Shown piece after piece: positions 32,683 through 55,590 of a stretch of DNA of 64,000 nt. Where the stretch lies: the NCBI RefSeq assembly GCF_009914755.1, contig NC_060947.1; one strand, 5' to 3'. The stretch comes from the human T2T-CHM13v2.0 reference genome, Homo sapiens. Below the pieces are notes generated by a model. The model saw nothing but the letters and a program-made list of their open reading frames with translations. It searched no databases and was not told the DNA's origin. The translations under genes were made by a program, and so were the position numbers. Position 1 is the first letter of the stretch; the number at the start of each line of letters is the position of its first letter.

Positions 32683-34119
32683 TTTTCCAGGTGCCATCTG
32701 TCACCCCTTTCTTTGACTAGGAAAGGTCATTCCCTGACCCCTTGCGCTTCCCAGGTGAGGCGATGCCTCGCCCTGCTTCAGCTCACTCTTGGTGCACTGC
32801 ACCCACTGTCCTGCACTCACTGTTCGACACTCCCCAGTGAGATGAACCCGGTACCTCAGTTGGAAATACAGAAATCACCCGTCTTCTGTGTCGCTCACGC
32901 TGGGAGCTGTAGAGTGGAGCTGTTCCTATTTGGCCATCTTGGTTCCACCCCCTACCCCTGCAACATTTTATGCAAATTTTCACACAACAAGGTTGAAAGA
33001 ATTTTACTTTGAATACACTGTTGTACTTGCCTTTACCACATATCCATCTGTCTCTCATTTATGTATTTCAAAGTAAATTGCAAACACCGGCACACTACCT
33101 CCTAACTACTTCAGTGTGCATATCATTAAAAGTTTACTGTTTTCTATTTTGGTGTATAATTTATATATAGCGAATACACAAACTATATATATTTGCTGTT
33201 TTGACAAATGCTTACACTGCTTAACCCAAATCTGTATTTGAACATTACCATCAACCTAGAAAGTTTATTTATTCTCCTTAACCAATCTGTTCATCTATCC
33301 TCTAGAAACAATAGCTATTATGTTTCCATCATAGACTAAATTTGGCTCTTCTAGAACTTCATATAAGTGGAATCATAACAGTATTTTTGTGCAAGGTTTC
33401 TTTCAGCATGTTTTTGAGATGTATCCATGTTTCATATATCAACAATTCATTCTTTTTAATGTGTTTCATTGTAAAGATATACTACAATTTGTTATGGGTT
33501 GTTTCTGCTTTTTTGGCTATTATGAATAAAGCTGCTACCTGAGTTGCATTTTAAAAGCCAAGAGGTGGAATAGGAGAAAGGAGGACTGGGTGACGAGGGC
33601 TGAAAATTTCAGGCAAAGGAGACAACATAAATGACCATCTTAGATGTGAGAACTATTTAGTAATTGCTTAAGGGTGGATGGGGCAAGACTGGAAAGGATA
33701 GTTGACTATCCAGTACCTCATCAGCTTTAAAAATGAAAAAAGACATTCACAAGTGATACCTTTGGTAACTGAAGTGTTTTCGTTTTATGTGTGATGTGCT
33801 CAGAATTGGCGAAGATCCAAAATAGTAGCAGGGTGCCTTTAAATGACTTGTGAGAAATTGATTTAATAATATGGGTGTTTTCATCACATCAGGCCTTATT
33901 CTACCATTGAGGAAAATGAAAGGCCAGCTACTATAAGTTTGTTTTTCATTTTTTATTTTTACTTGTTTTAATTGACTATATATATATGTGTGTGTGTGTA
34001 CATATTGACAAGAACTATTCATGTGTATGTGTTTTAAAATACGTATACATTGTGGAATGGCTAAATCAAGCTAACTAACATGCATTACCTCACATTTTTT
34101 GTGGAGAGGGGTCTTTTGC

Positions 34120-37310
<3,191 letters not shown>

Positions 37311-38230
37311 TCGTACCTTGATTCTTTTTTACATTAACTTATTTATCCTCTACTATCTTTTGCTGAGTATATGCCTGAGGATTTTACTCTAGTGAACCTG
37401 TGACAAGTTAGCTTTTAAACAATTTTATAGTGTTTATAGCAAAATTGTAACTAACATTGAAAAAATAATAGCTAATATGTGTTGTGTTTACTGTATAACA
37501 AGCACTATTCTCCAGCAAATTATAGTTGATATTATCCGCATTTTACAGAGAAGGAAACTGATGCACAGGTTAAATCAACTTGCCGAAGGATGCGTAACAT
37601 GTAAGTGATGAGGTCTAGATTTTAACTCACGGTTTCTGATTCCGCAGGCTATGAATGTAACTTTCTCTCTTCATCCTCCTGCTACTAAATGTATGCACCT
37701 ACTTGTGTCTGTCTTTATTCGTATAGTTTGTGTTTCATTCTGTTATAGTGGACAAGCTATCCTTGTTTCTAAGATACTGGATCCTATCCTGTATTTTTCT
37801 CCTCTCTCCCCTCCCCTCTCTTATTCTTTTTATTGGAGAATGGTATTTAGAAGCCAGAATTTGGCAACTACATATGCTCATTGGTACTGGTTTTAATTGC
37901 TTCTACAGGCTTTCTTAGAGGACAAAGCTGAGAAATATATGTATGTATACATATGCATACTTCTATATGTATTTATCTGTCTGTATGTTCTGTGCTACCT
38001 CCTTCACTGCCACTACCTCCACAATGTAGTTATGTTATTCATTTGACATATAGTTAGGTTTGTTTATATTGCATCTTAGGGTCCTCCCCCATTTTTGTTG
38101 ATTTTATTTATTTATGAATATGTGAGGAATTATTAACAAGATTCTAAAAGCCAAAACTATACAGAAATATATACTCAAAGAAGTCTCACTCCCACCCTTG
38201 ATTCTTTCTATCCCATTCCTAGCCTCCATT

Positions 38231-38541
<311 letters not shown>

Positions 38542-38696
38542 TGCTAGCCTCCATTCTTTCCATCCTATTTCCACTCACCACCTGTAGGTAACCAATCTCT
38601 TTACTTCCTGCTTAACATTTTCTGTGTTTCTTCCTGCACAATGAGCAGATATGTGTACATTTTCTTATTTTCCCTTTATTACTCTTTTGCACTCAT

Positions 38697-40600
38697 TTTA
38701 TTTTATTGTAGAGATGGGGTCTTGCTATGTTGCCCAGGCTGGTCTGAAACTCTTGGCCTCAAAGGACCTTTCTGCCTCAGCCACCCAAAGTGCTGAGATT
38801 ACAGGCAGGAGCCACCACGCCTGGCCTGCATTCTACTTTTCTTAAAACTTAACATGTCCTAGAAATCATTTCATATTATTCATAGATTCTTATTCTGTTT
38901 TTGCAGTTCATACTACTTCATTGTGTGGGTACACTATAGTTTAACCACTCTTCTATGTATGGGCATTTAGGTTGTTTTCATTGTTTTGTATCTACAAAGG
39001 AAATACTGCACTGAATAACTGTGTGTATAGGTATTTTTGTATTGTTGAAGATATAACTTCGGGACAAATTCCAATGTTCTTCAAATGGCTATGTGTGTGG
39101 ATTTCTGTTAGATACTGCCAAATTCTCCCCCCTAAAAGGATTGGCTAATTTTTCTATTTTTAGTAGAGACAGGGTTTCACTATGTTGGCCAGTCTGGTCT
39201 CAAACTCTTGACCTCGTGATCTGCCCACCTCAGCCTCCCAAAGTGCTAGGATTACAGGCGTGAGCCACCATGCCTGGCTTTTTTTTTTTTTTCTATGTTT
39301 TGTTTTGATTTTGAGACAGCATCTCACTCTGTCACCCAGCCTGGAGTGCAGTGGCAGAATCACAGCTTACTGCATCCTCAACCTCCGGAGCTTAAGTGAT
39401 CCTCCTACCTTGGCCTCCCAAGGTCCTGGGATTACAGGCGTGAGCCACCCTTGCCCAGCTTCTCCTCAATTTTTAAGAGTTCTTTAGATATTAGAAATAT
39501 TTGCCCTTTGTGATACATGTTGCAAATATTTTCCTTGAGTTTGTCATTGTCTTTGACTTTGCTTATGCTATTTTTCTGCCATGCAAAAGATTTTAAAAAC
39601 CTTTATGTGGTCAAATGTGTTAACTTTTTATTTCATCAGGACTTTGAGTCATAGTTAGAAACCCAGGTTATACAGGAATTCACCCAAATTTTCTTGTAGG
39701 ACTTATATGGTTATATCATTTAATTTCTTTATTCAGATTTCTAATCCATTTGAAATTGATTCTTGTGTAAGGTGTGAGGTATGAATCTAATTTTATCTTT
39801 TTCCAAATGGCTATCCAGCCCTGTTTATTAAAATGGTCATCTTTGCCCCAGTGGTTTGAGCTGTCACCCTTATCAGACAGTAAATTTCCCTATGTACTTA
39901 GCATACATCTCTGGACTTTCTTTTCTGTTTCACTTGTCAGCCTGTCTATTCATGCAGGGAGTACCACACTGTTTTGTTTGTAAGGCTTTTTAGTCGGCTT
40001 TAACATTCCATTTATTATTTCCTTTTTCAGTGTTTTGCAAGCTATTGTTGCATGCTTATTATATGGAAAGTGTCAACTTGTCTAGCTCCATTAAAAACCT
40101 TGTTAGTATTTTATTAGGATTGTGTTAAATTTAAAAATTAACTTGGCCAGAAATTGTGACTCATGCCTACAATCCCAGCACTTTGGGAGGCTGAGGTGGG
40201 AAGATCACTTGGGCCCAGAAATTCGAGACTAGACTGGGTAACATAAGGAGACCCCGTCTCTACTAGATAGGTAGACAGACAGACACACAGATATGAACAA
40301 AAAATTAACTACAGGAGGACTGATATCTCCTCCTCATCAGTCCTTGCAAAGGTGAGTTGTTCTAGTTAAGAACAGGGATATCTTTCCATTTGTTCAAATC
40401 TACTTTGTGTCTTTCAGAAGTGTTTTAAACTTTTCCTCAAATAGGTTTTGCACATTTCTTAAGTTTATTTTATCTTCATTATTGCTATTTGAAGGTGGTT
40501 TTCCTCTACCATTATCTTCTCTAACTGGTTTTAGTGTACATGAAGGCTATTGATTTCTGTATCTTAATTTTATATATTGCTAGCTTACTGAGTAAAATAG
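38697..40600 (-). mobile_element. Old L1M fragments interleaved with Alu monomers/partials (~38697-38826, ~39150-39458, ~40145-40265)
   Basis: Recognisable Alu arms and antisense L1 ORF2 wording. Confidence 0.7.
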
Positions 40601-40694
40601 TGTTGGAAAAACTGGATAACGATATGAAAAAAAAATTCAGCTCAACTCCTATCTCACACTATACATAAAGTCAGTTTGAGGCAGATTATAGATC

Positions 40695-43610
<2,916 letters not shown>

Positions 43611-44303
43611 AAGCAAAAAAGTGGATGGGAGGAGGAGGGGAGAAAGGAACGAAAAGAAGAAAGGAAAGAAAGAATTACTTACAAGCTAAGAGGATTTGAT
43701 CTGTGGAAACAGACCTTTCAGGCTAACAATCTGTTCCCGCTACCAAATAAATAGACTCTGAGGTGATCATACACAGACAGTATATGGTGGTTTAGGAAGA
43801 CTAGTTAATTTACTATTGTTTAAAAGATATTTCTAGGTCCTCGAGCCAGGGGGGAAAATATGTATTCTTCACAGCTGTGCTAAAAAAAAGAAAGAAAAAA
43901 TATGTATAGTTGTAATTAGAGAGCTTAAACAACAACCGCAACAAGAACAAAAGCCTTAAAAAAAAGGAAGCAAATCCTGCCATTGTGACAAGGATGAACC
44001 TAGAGGATATTATGCTAAGTGAAATAAGCCAGGCACAGAAAGACAAATACTGCATGACCTCACTCATGTATGGAATCTAAAACAGTCAAACTCATAGAAA
44101 CAGAAAGTAGAAAGATGGTTGCTATGGTCTGAGAGGGAGCAGAGAAATGGGATTTTGATCAAAGGGTACAAACTTTTAGTAATAAGATGAATAAGTTCCG
44201 GAGATCAAATGTGCAGCATGGTGAGTATAGTTAATAACGTATACTTGAAATTTACTATAAGTCTTAAGTGTTCTCACCGCAAAACATGTAACTATGTGAG
44301 GTG

Positions 44304-44600
44304 ATGATATAGGAGTTAAGAAGGAATTACTTAGGCAGATAGCAAGGGCATGGGAGCCCTCGGTAAGGCTTTTCTTTTTCATGAAAAGCAGCCCCAAATC
44401 ATTTTCTAACAAAGAGCAGCCTGTAAGGTCAAGCCACAGACATAGGCAAACCAGCTAAGAGCTTGCAAGGGTGAATGCCGGCAGGAACTAGTTACTAGAC
44501 ATGTTCAAGAGGGCGGGTCCATCTTCCCTTCTCTTTGTCAGCCACGTGTACAGTAAAGAGCAGACAAGATGGATCAACTGGAAAGCCCATTTGCCATAAC
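44304..44600 (+). mobile_element. Partial MER4-group ERV1 LTR abutting an L1M 3' end (~43960-44303)
   Basis: TGATATAGGAGTTAAGAAGGAATTACTTAGGCAGATAG start. Confidence 0.6.
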
Positions 44601-45278
44601 TTTAGAGTGAGCTAAATCGCCACTAATGTTTATCCCCATTTTGTTAAAAAATAATACAACAATGTAAAAAGAAGCAAGATGAACACCAAGAATGAAAAAT
44701 AATTTGTTACAGCATTCATGTTGTCTCTGAGCATATAAAACAAAACCAGTTTTTCAGATTAAGCCTACCACTTATGGGTTGTCATAAAATAGTATCCTGG
44801 CAATGGAAGAAAGAACCTGACAGTAAGTAAAACTTCATGTTTCTAGTATTTCTTATGATATCCCTTAGTATAGGCCATTAGTGTAATGCCAAAGTGGAAT
44901 TCATTAAAGGATAGCCAAAAAGTGGAAATAACCAAAATATCCATCAATGAATGAATGAATGAATAAAATGTATTATATCTATGCAATGGAACATTAGTTA
45001 ACCACACACAAAAAAATGAAGTACTCATTCACGCTACAACATGGGTGAAACTTGAAAACTATTATGCTTAGTGAAAGAATGCAGTCACTACAGAGACCCA
45101 AAAGAGATTATTGTTCTAGGGGATGAGGGTGGTGTTGAAGAAAAAGGGGCCACAATTGCTAATGGGTATGTTTTTGGAGGGGGGTGACGAAAATGTTTCA
45201 AAGAATAACTGTGGTGATGATTGCACGACCCTGAAGATGTATTAAAAACCACTGTACATTTAAAATAGTTGAAATCTA

Positions 45279-45625
<347 letters not shown>

Positions 45626-45682
45626 CTAGGAGAAAATATCTGCAAAAGGCATTTATGATAAAGGACTGTTATAAAAAATATG

Positions 45683-46079
45683 TGATATGATTTGGATATT
45701 TGTCCCTGCCCAAATCTCATGTTGAATTGTAATCCTCAATGTTGGAGGTGGGGCCTGCTTGGGTCATGTGGGCGGATCCCTCATGGCTTGGTGTTATCTT
45801 CATGACAGTGAGTGAATTCTCACGAGATCTGGTGGTTTAAAAGAAGTGCGGTACCTCTCCCACACCCGACTCTCTCTCGCTCCCATTCTCACCATGTGAT
45901 TTGCCTGCTCCCTTTTTGCCTTCCATAATGACTGGAAGCTTTCGGAGGCCTCCCCAAAAGCATATTCTCCTATGCTTCCTGTATAGCCTGCAGAACTTAT
46001 GGGCCAATTAAATCTCTTTTCTTACAGATTATTCAGTTTCAGTTATTTCTTTATAGCAATGCAAGAGTGGCCTAATACA
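45683..46079. mobile_element. MST-type MaLR solo LTR
   Basis: TGATATGATTTGGAT...CTAATACA termini, ~400 bp. Confidence 0.85.
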
Positions 46080-46094
46080 GTAAACAAATAACTC

Positions 46095-47770
<1,676 letters not shown>

Positions 47771-48472
47771 TAATTTTGTGTGTGTGTGTGTGTGTATGTG
47801 TAGGGGTAGGCAAGTCAATTCAGTCCACAAATACAGTTTTCTTGATGATCTCACTTTTATCCAGGGATACATGTTTGACTAGAGAAATATAGGCTTCTTA
47901 GACTTCAGGCGATCCTCTATAAGTATTATATCTCTCAGCTGAGCTTTCCGTTAAGTATTGAGCAACTGTGGGTTTGAGGGTATGTTCTCTGACAAATCCT
48001 TAGAGCACAACTATTCTGTGTTTGCCAAAGCACAGAGCCATGTGTCTTAAAAGTCAACCCAAATGAAAGATGAGCCAAACAGGAATCAGTCCTTGGATTG
48101 AAAGCCACTGCCCTTCTGTGTGGAGGTAGGCCAAGGGAATATTCACTGTCAGGGCCAATATAACTCTTGGGAAGCAAGTTGTGGTCTGCTTTAGCACAGA
48201 GATGAACCAGACCCCTAAACTCTAAACTAGAGATCATCACCATAGTGATTTTAGGCAGCAAAAATTTAAAACAAGAACGAAATCTCGGTCCTGAAAAAGC
48301 TCAGGAAAGATCTAGCTTTGAACAGTGAAACTTCCTAATGAGCCAGCCACCAAAGAGAAACTAGTTTAAAAGATATGTCTAAGTAACTGAATGAATCAAT
48401 GTACTGTACAGGATTGTTATTGCCGAACTTGATAAATGTTGAGGAATGTCTACTCAGAATGGTGATTTTGAT

Positions 48473-48755
48473 TTTTTTTTTTCCAAGATGGGGTCTTGCT
48501 CTGTTGCCAAGGCTGCAGTTCAGTGTTATAGCTCACTGCAGCCTCAACCTCCGGGGCTCATCCTCCCACCTCAGCCTCCCGAGTAGCTGGGACTACAGGC
48601 ATGCACCACCAAGCCTGACTAATTTTTGTGTTTTTAGTAGGGATGGGGTTTTGCCATGTTACCCAGACTGGTCTGAAACTCCTGACCTCAAGTGATCCAT
48701 CCGCCTCGGCCTCCCAAAGTGTTGGGATTACAGGCATGAGCCTCCGCACCCAGCC
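48473..48755 (-). mobile_element. Alu
   Basis: Antisense dimer. Confidence 0.9.
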
Positions 48756-48818
48756 TGAAGCTTCTCTTTTGTAGCTGTCATGCCTAGCTTGTGACAAACC
48801 TTCTGCTAATGGGGATAG

Positions 48819-48932
48819 ATAAAGCATCTATCTTCCTACTTCAAAGTGATATTAAGTTATGAAAGTACTGCTCAATTTCAGCAAGACTTTCACAGCTTAA
48901 TATCACTTTGAAGTAGTAGATAGATGCTTTAT
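48819..48932. repeat. 114-bp near-perfect inverted repeat (54/53-bp arms, 7-nt loop)
   Basis: ATAAAGCATCTATCT pairs with AGATAGATGCTTTAT; CTACTTCAAAGTGATATTAAG pairs with CTTAATATCACTTTGAAGTAG. Confidence 0.95.
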
Positions 48933-49240
48933 TTCAGAATTTCCTCAGAAATTGAGGAAAAGCCAGTACACACAACTTGTTGGCTGAATCGGAAAATGCC
49001 CATCAGGTTAAATGGAGCATAGTCCTATTGATGCTGCCATTCTTGTTTAATTGGCAACTAGGAGTGACTGAAAATACATTTAGGCAAAAATGCTAAATGG
49101 TCAAGTGTTAAAATCAATATTTACCTGAAGCCAAGGCCTAAACTAAATAATGCTGTCAGAAAATTTCTGGAATGCAACAGTAAATCCAAAATTGTATTGA
49201 AACATTATTAAATGTCTTTAGTTTAAAAATGAGGTTTTCA

Positions 49241-50349
49241 GCTACACAAGGTGGCTCACGCCTATAATCCGAACACTTTGGAAGGCTGAGGCAGGAGGAT
49301 CGCTTGAGGCCAGGAGTTCAAAACTGGCTGCCTGGGCAACAAAGCAAGACACTGTCTCTACAAAAATATTTTCAAAATTATCCAGGTGTGGTAGCACAGC
49401 CTGTAGTCCCAGTGATATGGGAGCCGGGCAGGGAAGTGCTGGGTAGAGAAGGGTGGGGTCCCTGGCCAAGGCCTCCACCCTTGGGCCTGTGCCCATGGAC
49501 CTGAATGAGGACAGGTATTTCTGTTTTCAAGCCCAAAAATTGCCTTTTGGCCCGCCACTGCCCCCCGCCCCGACGCCCGCTGGCATCCTGTGCCCATAAA
49601 AACCCGAGACCTAGCGGGCACAGACACAAGCAGCCAGACATTGTGAGGAGCAGAGGAACACACCAGCAGACACCTGCAGACCAGCAACAGTGGAATGGCG
49701 CAGATGCCGAGGGGATTTCTGCCCAGGGCAGTTGGAGAAGAGTCCCGCCGCTGGGTGGCCCGACTCCAGGGGAAGACCACCTTCCCACTCCATTCCTTGA
49801 TTCCGGTTCAGCATCCATCTAGCCACCTCCACCACTCAATAAAACCTTGCACTCTACCTTCCAGCCCACGTGTGATCTGATTCTTCCGGTACACTGGGCA
49901 AGAACTCAGGAGAGATAGTGTCTTGCTTTGTTGCCCAGGCAGCCAGTTTTGAACTCCTGTCACACTCGCCCCATGTCCTTGCGATAAGGCAGAGGGTCTG
50001 CTGAGCTGACTAACCCAAGCCATGGAACACACGCCCACTTGGGCTTTGGGAGTCCTGCTGTGGGGACAGAGCCCAAAAGCACTCTTCACGGCCTCTGCAC
50101 CCGCTTGTCTGCATGCTCCCCCTAGGGGTTTGAGCAGCAGGGCACTGAATAAGGGAACCACACCTCTGTTGCATGCCCTGCAAGGGGAATAAGAGAACTC
50201 TCTCATTTCACCAGCTAGTCCGGAGGCTGAGGCAGGAGGATCACTTGAGCCCGGGAGTTCTAGGCTGCAGGGAGCTGTGACTGTGTCACTGCACTCCAAC
50301 CTGGGCAACAGAGTGAGGCCTTGTCTCAAAAAAAAAAAAAAAAAAAAAA
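49241..50349 (+). mobile_element. AluJ split by an LTR (Alu parts 49241-49412 and 50211-50349)
   Basis: ...CCTGTAGTCCCAG | LTR | CCAGCTAGTCCGGAGGCTGAGG... continuity. Confidence 0.9.
49413..50210 (+). mobile_element. ERV1 solo LTR (MER52/LTR27-like; subfamily uncertain)
   Basis: TG...CA termini, 4-bp TSD CCAG at 49409-49412 and 50211-50214, AATAAA at ~49838. Confidence 0.85.
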
Positions 50350-50371
50350 GAAGTTTTCACATTGAACATTT

Positions 50372-51872
50372 ATTTATTTATTTATTTTTTATTGATCATT
50401 CTTGGGTGTTTCTCGCAGAGGGGGATTTGGCAGGGTCATAGGACAATAGTGGAGGGAAGGTCAGCAGATAAACAAGTGAACAAAGGTCTCTGGTTTTCCT
50501 AGGCAGAGGACCCTGCGGCCTTCCGCAGTGTTTGTGTCCCTGGGTACTTGAGATTAGGGAGTGGTGATGACTCTTAACGAGCCTGCCGCCTTCAAGCATC
50601 TGTTTAACAAAGCCCATCTTGCACCGCCCTTAATCCATTTAACCCTGAGTGGACACGGCACATGTTTCAGAGAGCACAGGGTTGGGGGTAAGGTTATAGA
50701 TTAACAGGATAAGAATTTTTCTTAATACACAACAAAATGAAAAGTCTCCCATGTCTACCTCTTTCCACACAGACGCAGCAACCATCCGATTTCTCAATCT
50801 TTTCCCCACCTTTCCCCCCTTTCTATTCCACAAAACCGCCATTGTCATCATGGCCCGTTCTCAATGAGCTGTTGGGTACACCTCCCAGACGGGGTGGTGG
50901 CCGGGCAGAGGGGCTCCTCACTTCCCAGTAGGGGCGGCCGGGCAGAGGCGCCCCTCACCTCCCGTGCGGGGCGGCTGGCCGGGCGGGGGGCTGACCCCCC
51001 CACCTCCCTCCCGGACGGGGCGGCTGGCCGGGCGGGGGGGCTCCTCACTTCCCAGTAGCGGCAGCCGGGCAGAGGCGCCCCTCACCTCCCGGACGGGGCG
51101 GCTGGCCGGGCGGGGGGCTGACCCCCCCCACCTCCCTCCCGGACGGGGCGGCTGGCCGGGCGGGGGGCTGACCCCCCCACCTCCCTCCCGGACAGGGCGG
51201 CTGGCCGGGCGGGGGGCTGACCCCCCACCTCCTTCCCGGATGGGGCGGCTGGCCGGGCAGAGGGGCTCCTCACTTCCCAGTAGGGGCGGCCGGGCAGAGG
51301 CGCCCCTCACCTCCTGGATGGGGCGGCTGGCCGGGCGGGGGGCTGACCCCCCCACCTCCCTCCCGGACGGGGCCGCTGGCTGGGTGGGGGGCTGACCCCC
51401 CCACCTCCCTCCCGGACGGGGTGGCTGCCGGGCGGAGACGCTCCTCACTTCCCAGACGGGGTGGCTGCCGGGCGGAGGGGCTCCTCACTTCTCAGACGGG
51501 GCGGCCGGGCAGAGACGCTCCTCACCTCCCAGACGGGGTCGCGGCCGGGTAGAGGCGCTCCTCACATCCCAGACGGGGCGGCGGGGCAGAGCCGCTCCCC
51601 ACATCTCAGACGATGGGCGGCCGGGCAGAGACGCTCCTCACTTCCTAGATGGGATGGCGGCCGGGAAGAGGCGCTCCTCACTTCCTAGATGGGATGGCAG
51701 CCGGGCAGAGACGCTCCTCACTTTCGAGACTGGGCAGCCAGGCAGAGGGGCTCCTCATGTCCCAGACGATGGGTGGCCAGGCAGAGACGCTCCTCACTTC
51801 CCAGACGGGGTGGCGGCCGGGCAGAGGCTGCAATCTCGGCACTTTGGGAGGCCAAGGCAGGCGGCTGGGAGC
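50372..51872 (-). mobile_element. SVA retrotransposon, 5'-truncated in the Alu-like domain
   Basis: SINE-R (~50390-50880), GC-rich VNTR (~50880-51820), no (CCCTCT)n; TGAACATTT at 50363-50371 and 51873-51881. Confidence 0.95.
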
Positions 51873-51894
51873 TGAACATTTTTATTAATAGGTA

Positions 51895-52186
51895 TATTTT
51901 TTGAGACAGAGTCTTGTTCTGTCACCCAGGCTGGAGTGCAGTGGCAAGATCTTGGCTCACTGCAGCCTGTGCCTCTCAGGTTTAAGTGATTCTCATCATG
52001 CCTGAGCCTGTCGAATAGCCGGGATTACAGGCGTCTGCCACTACCCATGCTAACTTTTGTATTTTTTGTGGAGACGGGGTTTCACCATGTTGCCCAGGCT
52101 GGTCTGGAGCTCCTGACCTCAAGTGATCCACCCACCTTGGTCTCCCAAAGTGCTGGGATTACAGGCATGAGCCATCGCGCCCGGCC
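51895..52186 (-). mobile_element. Alu
   Basis: Antisense dimer. Confidence 0.9.
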
Positions 52187-52818
52187 AATATAACATACTT
52201 TTAAATGACATTTTTTTTTTTGGTGTATAGGTCTCTAAGGAGTTCATAAACAATTTTATGGTGTCATTTTTCTGAATTTCCCCTCTTTCCCTCTCTGCCA
52301 TCTTTCTGATACTTTCAGGTTTCTAAGGCTTCCATATTCAGTCCTCTGACCAGGAAACTGGCATTTTTAGTTAGTTCATTCTGCCATATATTAATACTTC
52401 TTGTGACTGTGCCCATGTCTGGAAGGAAAGAGACAGAGGGAAATGAACCAATGGGTGTTTGCTCCCCTGTCTTGTTACCACACCTCCTCAGAGTTTTAGG
52501 CCCCTGAGAGGCCCTTTGACTGCTGCAGCCACTGCTGCTGTCCATGCTGTGATAGGATTGCAAGTTTACTTTGAATTCTTGTCTTCTTTTCCAATATGTC
52601 CGCTACCACATACTTTATGGAGTTCTCAAATAGATGCTCCATGCATTCTATCCAGGTTTTATAGCTGCATTCAGTGGGAGAGGCAGAGTGGAATGTGCTT
52701 CTACAACTTAACTAGAAAACCAGCTCTTGATGTTTTATACAATCTTTTGAGAGAAATTTGTCTTTGAACAGTGGACCTAGATGTGTTAATAGAGCAATGT
52801 AATAGACTCTTAAGATAC

Positions 52819-53149
<331 letters not shown>

Positions 53150-53384
53150 TCATTGCATGTATGCATCTAGTCAAATTCCGGAAGCCGATTTGCCTAGCTC
53201 ATCTACAGTTGACCATAGACGCATGAAGGAGCCCAGCTAAGACTGGAAGAACTGCCCAGCTGAGCCCGAATTAAACTCACAACCTGCAGAATTGTTAGCC
53301 AAATAAATGGTGCTTTATTAAAACCACTAAGTTTTTGGGTGGTTTTTAAAATAACATAGCAATAGCTAACTGCTACTGTAAGCA

Positions 53385-53940
53385 AAGTACAACAAAGCAT
53401 TAATCCATTGTGCTGTGATTTTAAAAAAGATTTCTGGTTGATTTTGCATTTCCAAGGGTACAATGAACAAAGTTTTAAAAGTAGCATAGCTAATAGTATT
53501 GCTAATCATTTTTGTGCACAGTAGAATATAATTCAGACAAAACATTTTTCAGTAATTTAATTTTTAGAAGGAATTTTGTACCTGAGATTCATAGCTTGGG
53601 CACATTTCAAAAATCCTTCAATTTCAACTACTGAAAATTGTTGGCAGTCTATAAGCATCATTTCAACAAGTTTTGTTTAGATTCTTAAACTCCATAGACT
53701 CAACACAATAAGGAATTGCCTTAAAGGATTCCTGTAAAGTCTGTTTTTTTGAAGCTTGCTTAATGAGAATCAAATGAGCTTTGGTTACCTTACTTGTCTC
53801 TAACACTTTCTTGTCTTTATAGTCATTACGTTCTTTGTTACTATATTTGGATGAAACATGATTTATCATGGCTGTTGCAAGTGATTTTGGATTTTTTTCC
53901 TCATGAACTTCTGAGGCAGAAAAGTTGACATTTAGCTTTT
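53385..53940 (-). pseudogene. Fossil hAT (Ac/ZBED-type) transposase N-terminal fragment
   Basis: Minus-strand MMLIDCQQFSVVEIEGF...RYKIPSK and ...SFL.ITAQWIN resemble hAT-Ac DxxPFSxVExxGF...RYxIPSR and SFLxxTAHWI motifs. Confidence 0.7.
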
Positions 53941-54027
53941 ATTTTGTCTTCATAACTATGAAGGATTTTCAAATAAGACTTTTTCTTAAAACACTCATGG
54001 CCTTATAATTAAACAATTAAAAATTAA

Positions 54028-54870
<843 letters not shown>

Positions 54871-55149
54871 TAATCCCCATTAAGTATTGTAGCATTTAAC
54901 TCCTGCCATAATAAATATATATTTATACTTCAAATGACTGAAACATTTCGACATACAAGGCATATAGGGAGGTTTTTACCCCAGTTGACCTCTAGAATGC
55001 TTACCTATATTTAAAATGCTTAGATATTAAAAATAAACCTAAATTATATTCTTTGTTCATATTACCGACAGTTTGGTATTGATTATATATGATGATAACA
55101 TATAAGATCACATCTTGCACCAGTTCTGGGATGGCAGAAGTAATGTTGA

Positions 55150-55590
<441 letters not shown>

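Noticed and set aside
50848-51904. Many overlapping Pro/Gly/Arg-rich ORFs up to 176 aa
   Set aside because: By-products of the stop-poor GC-rich SVA VNTR
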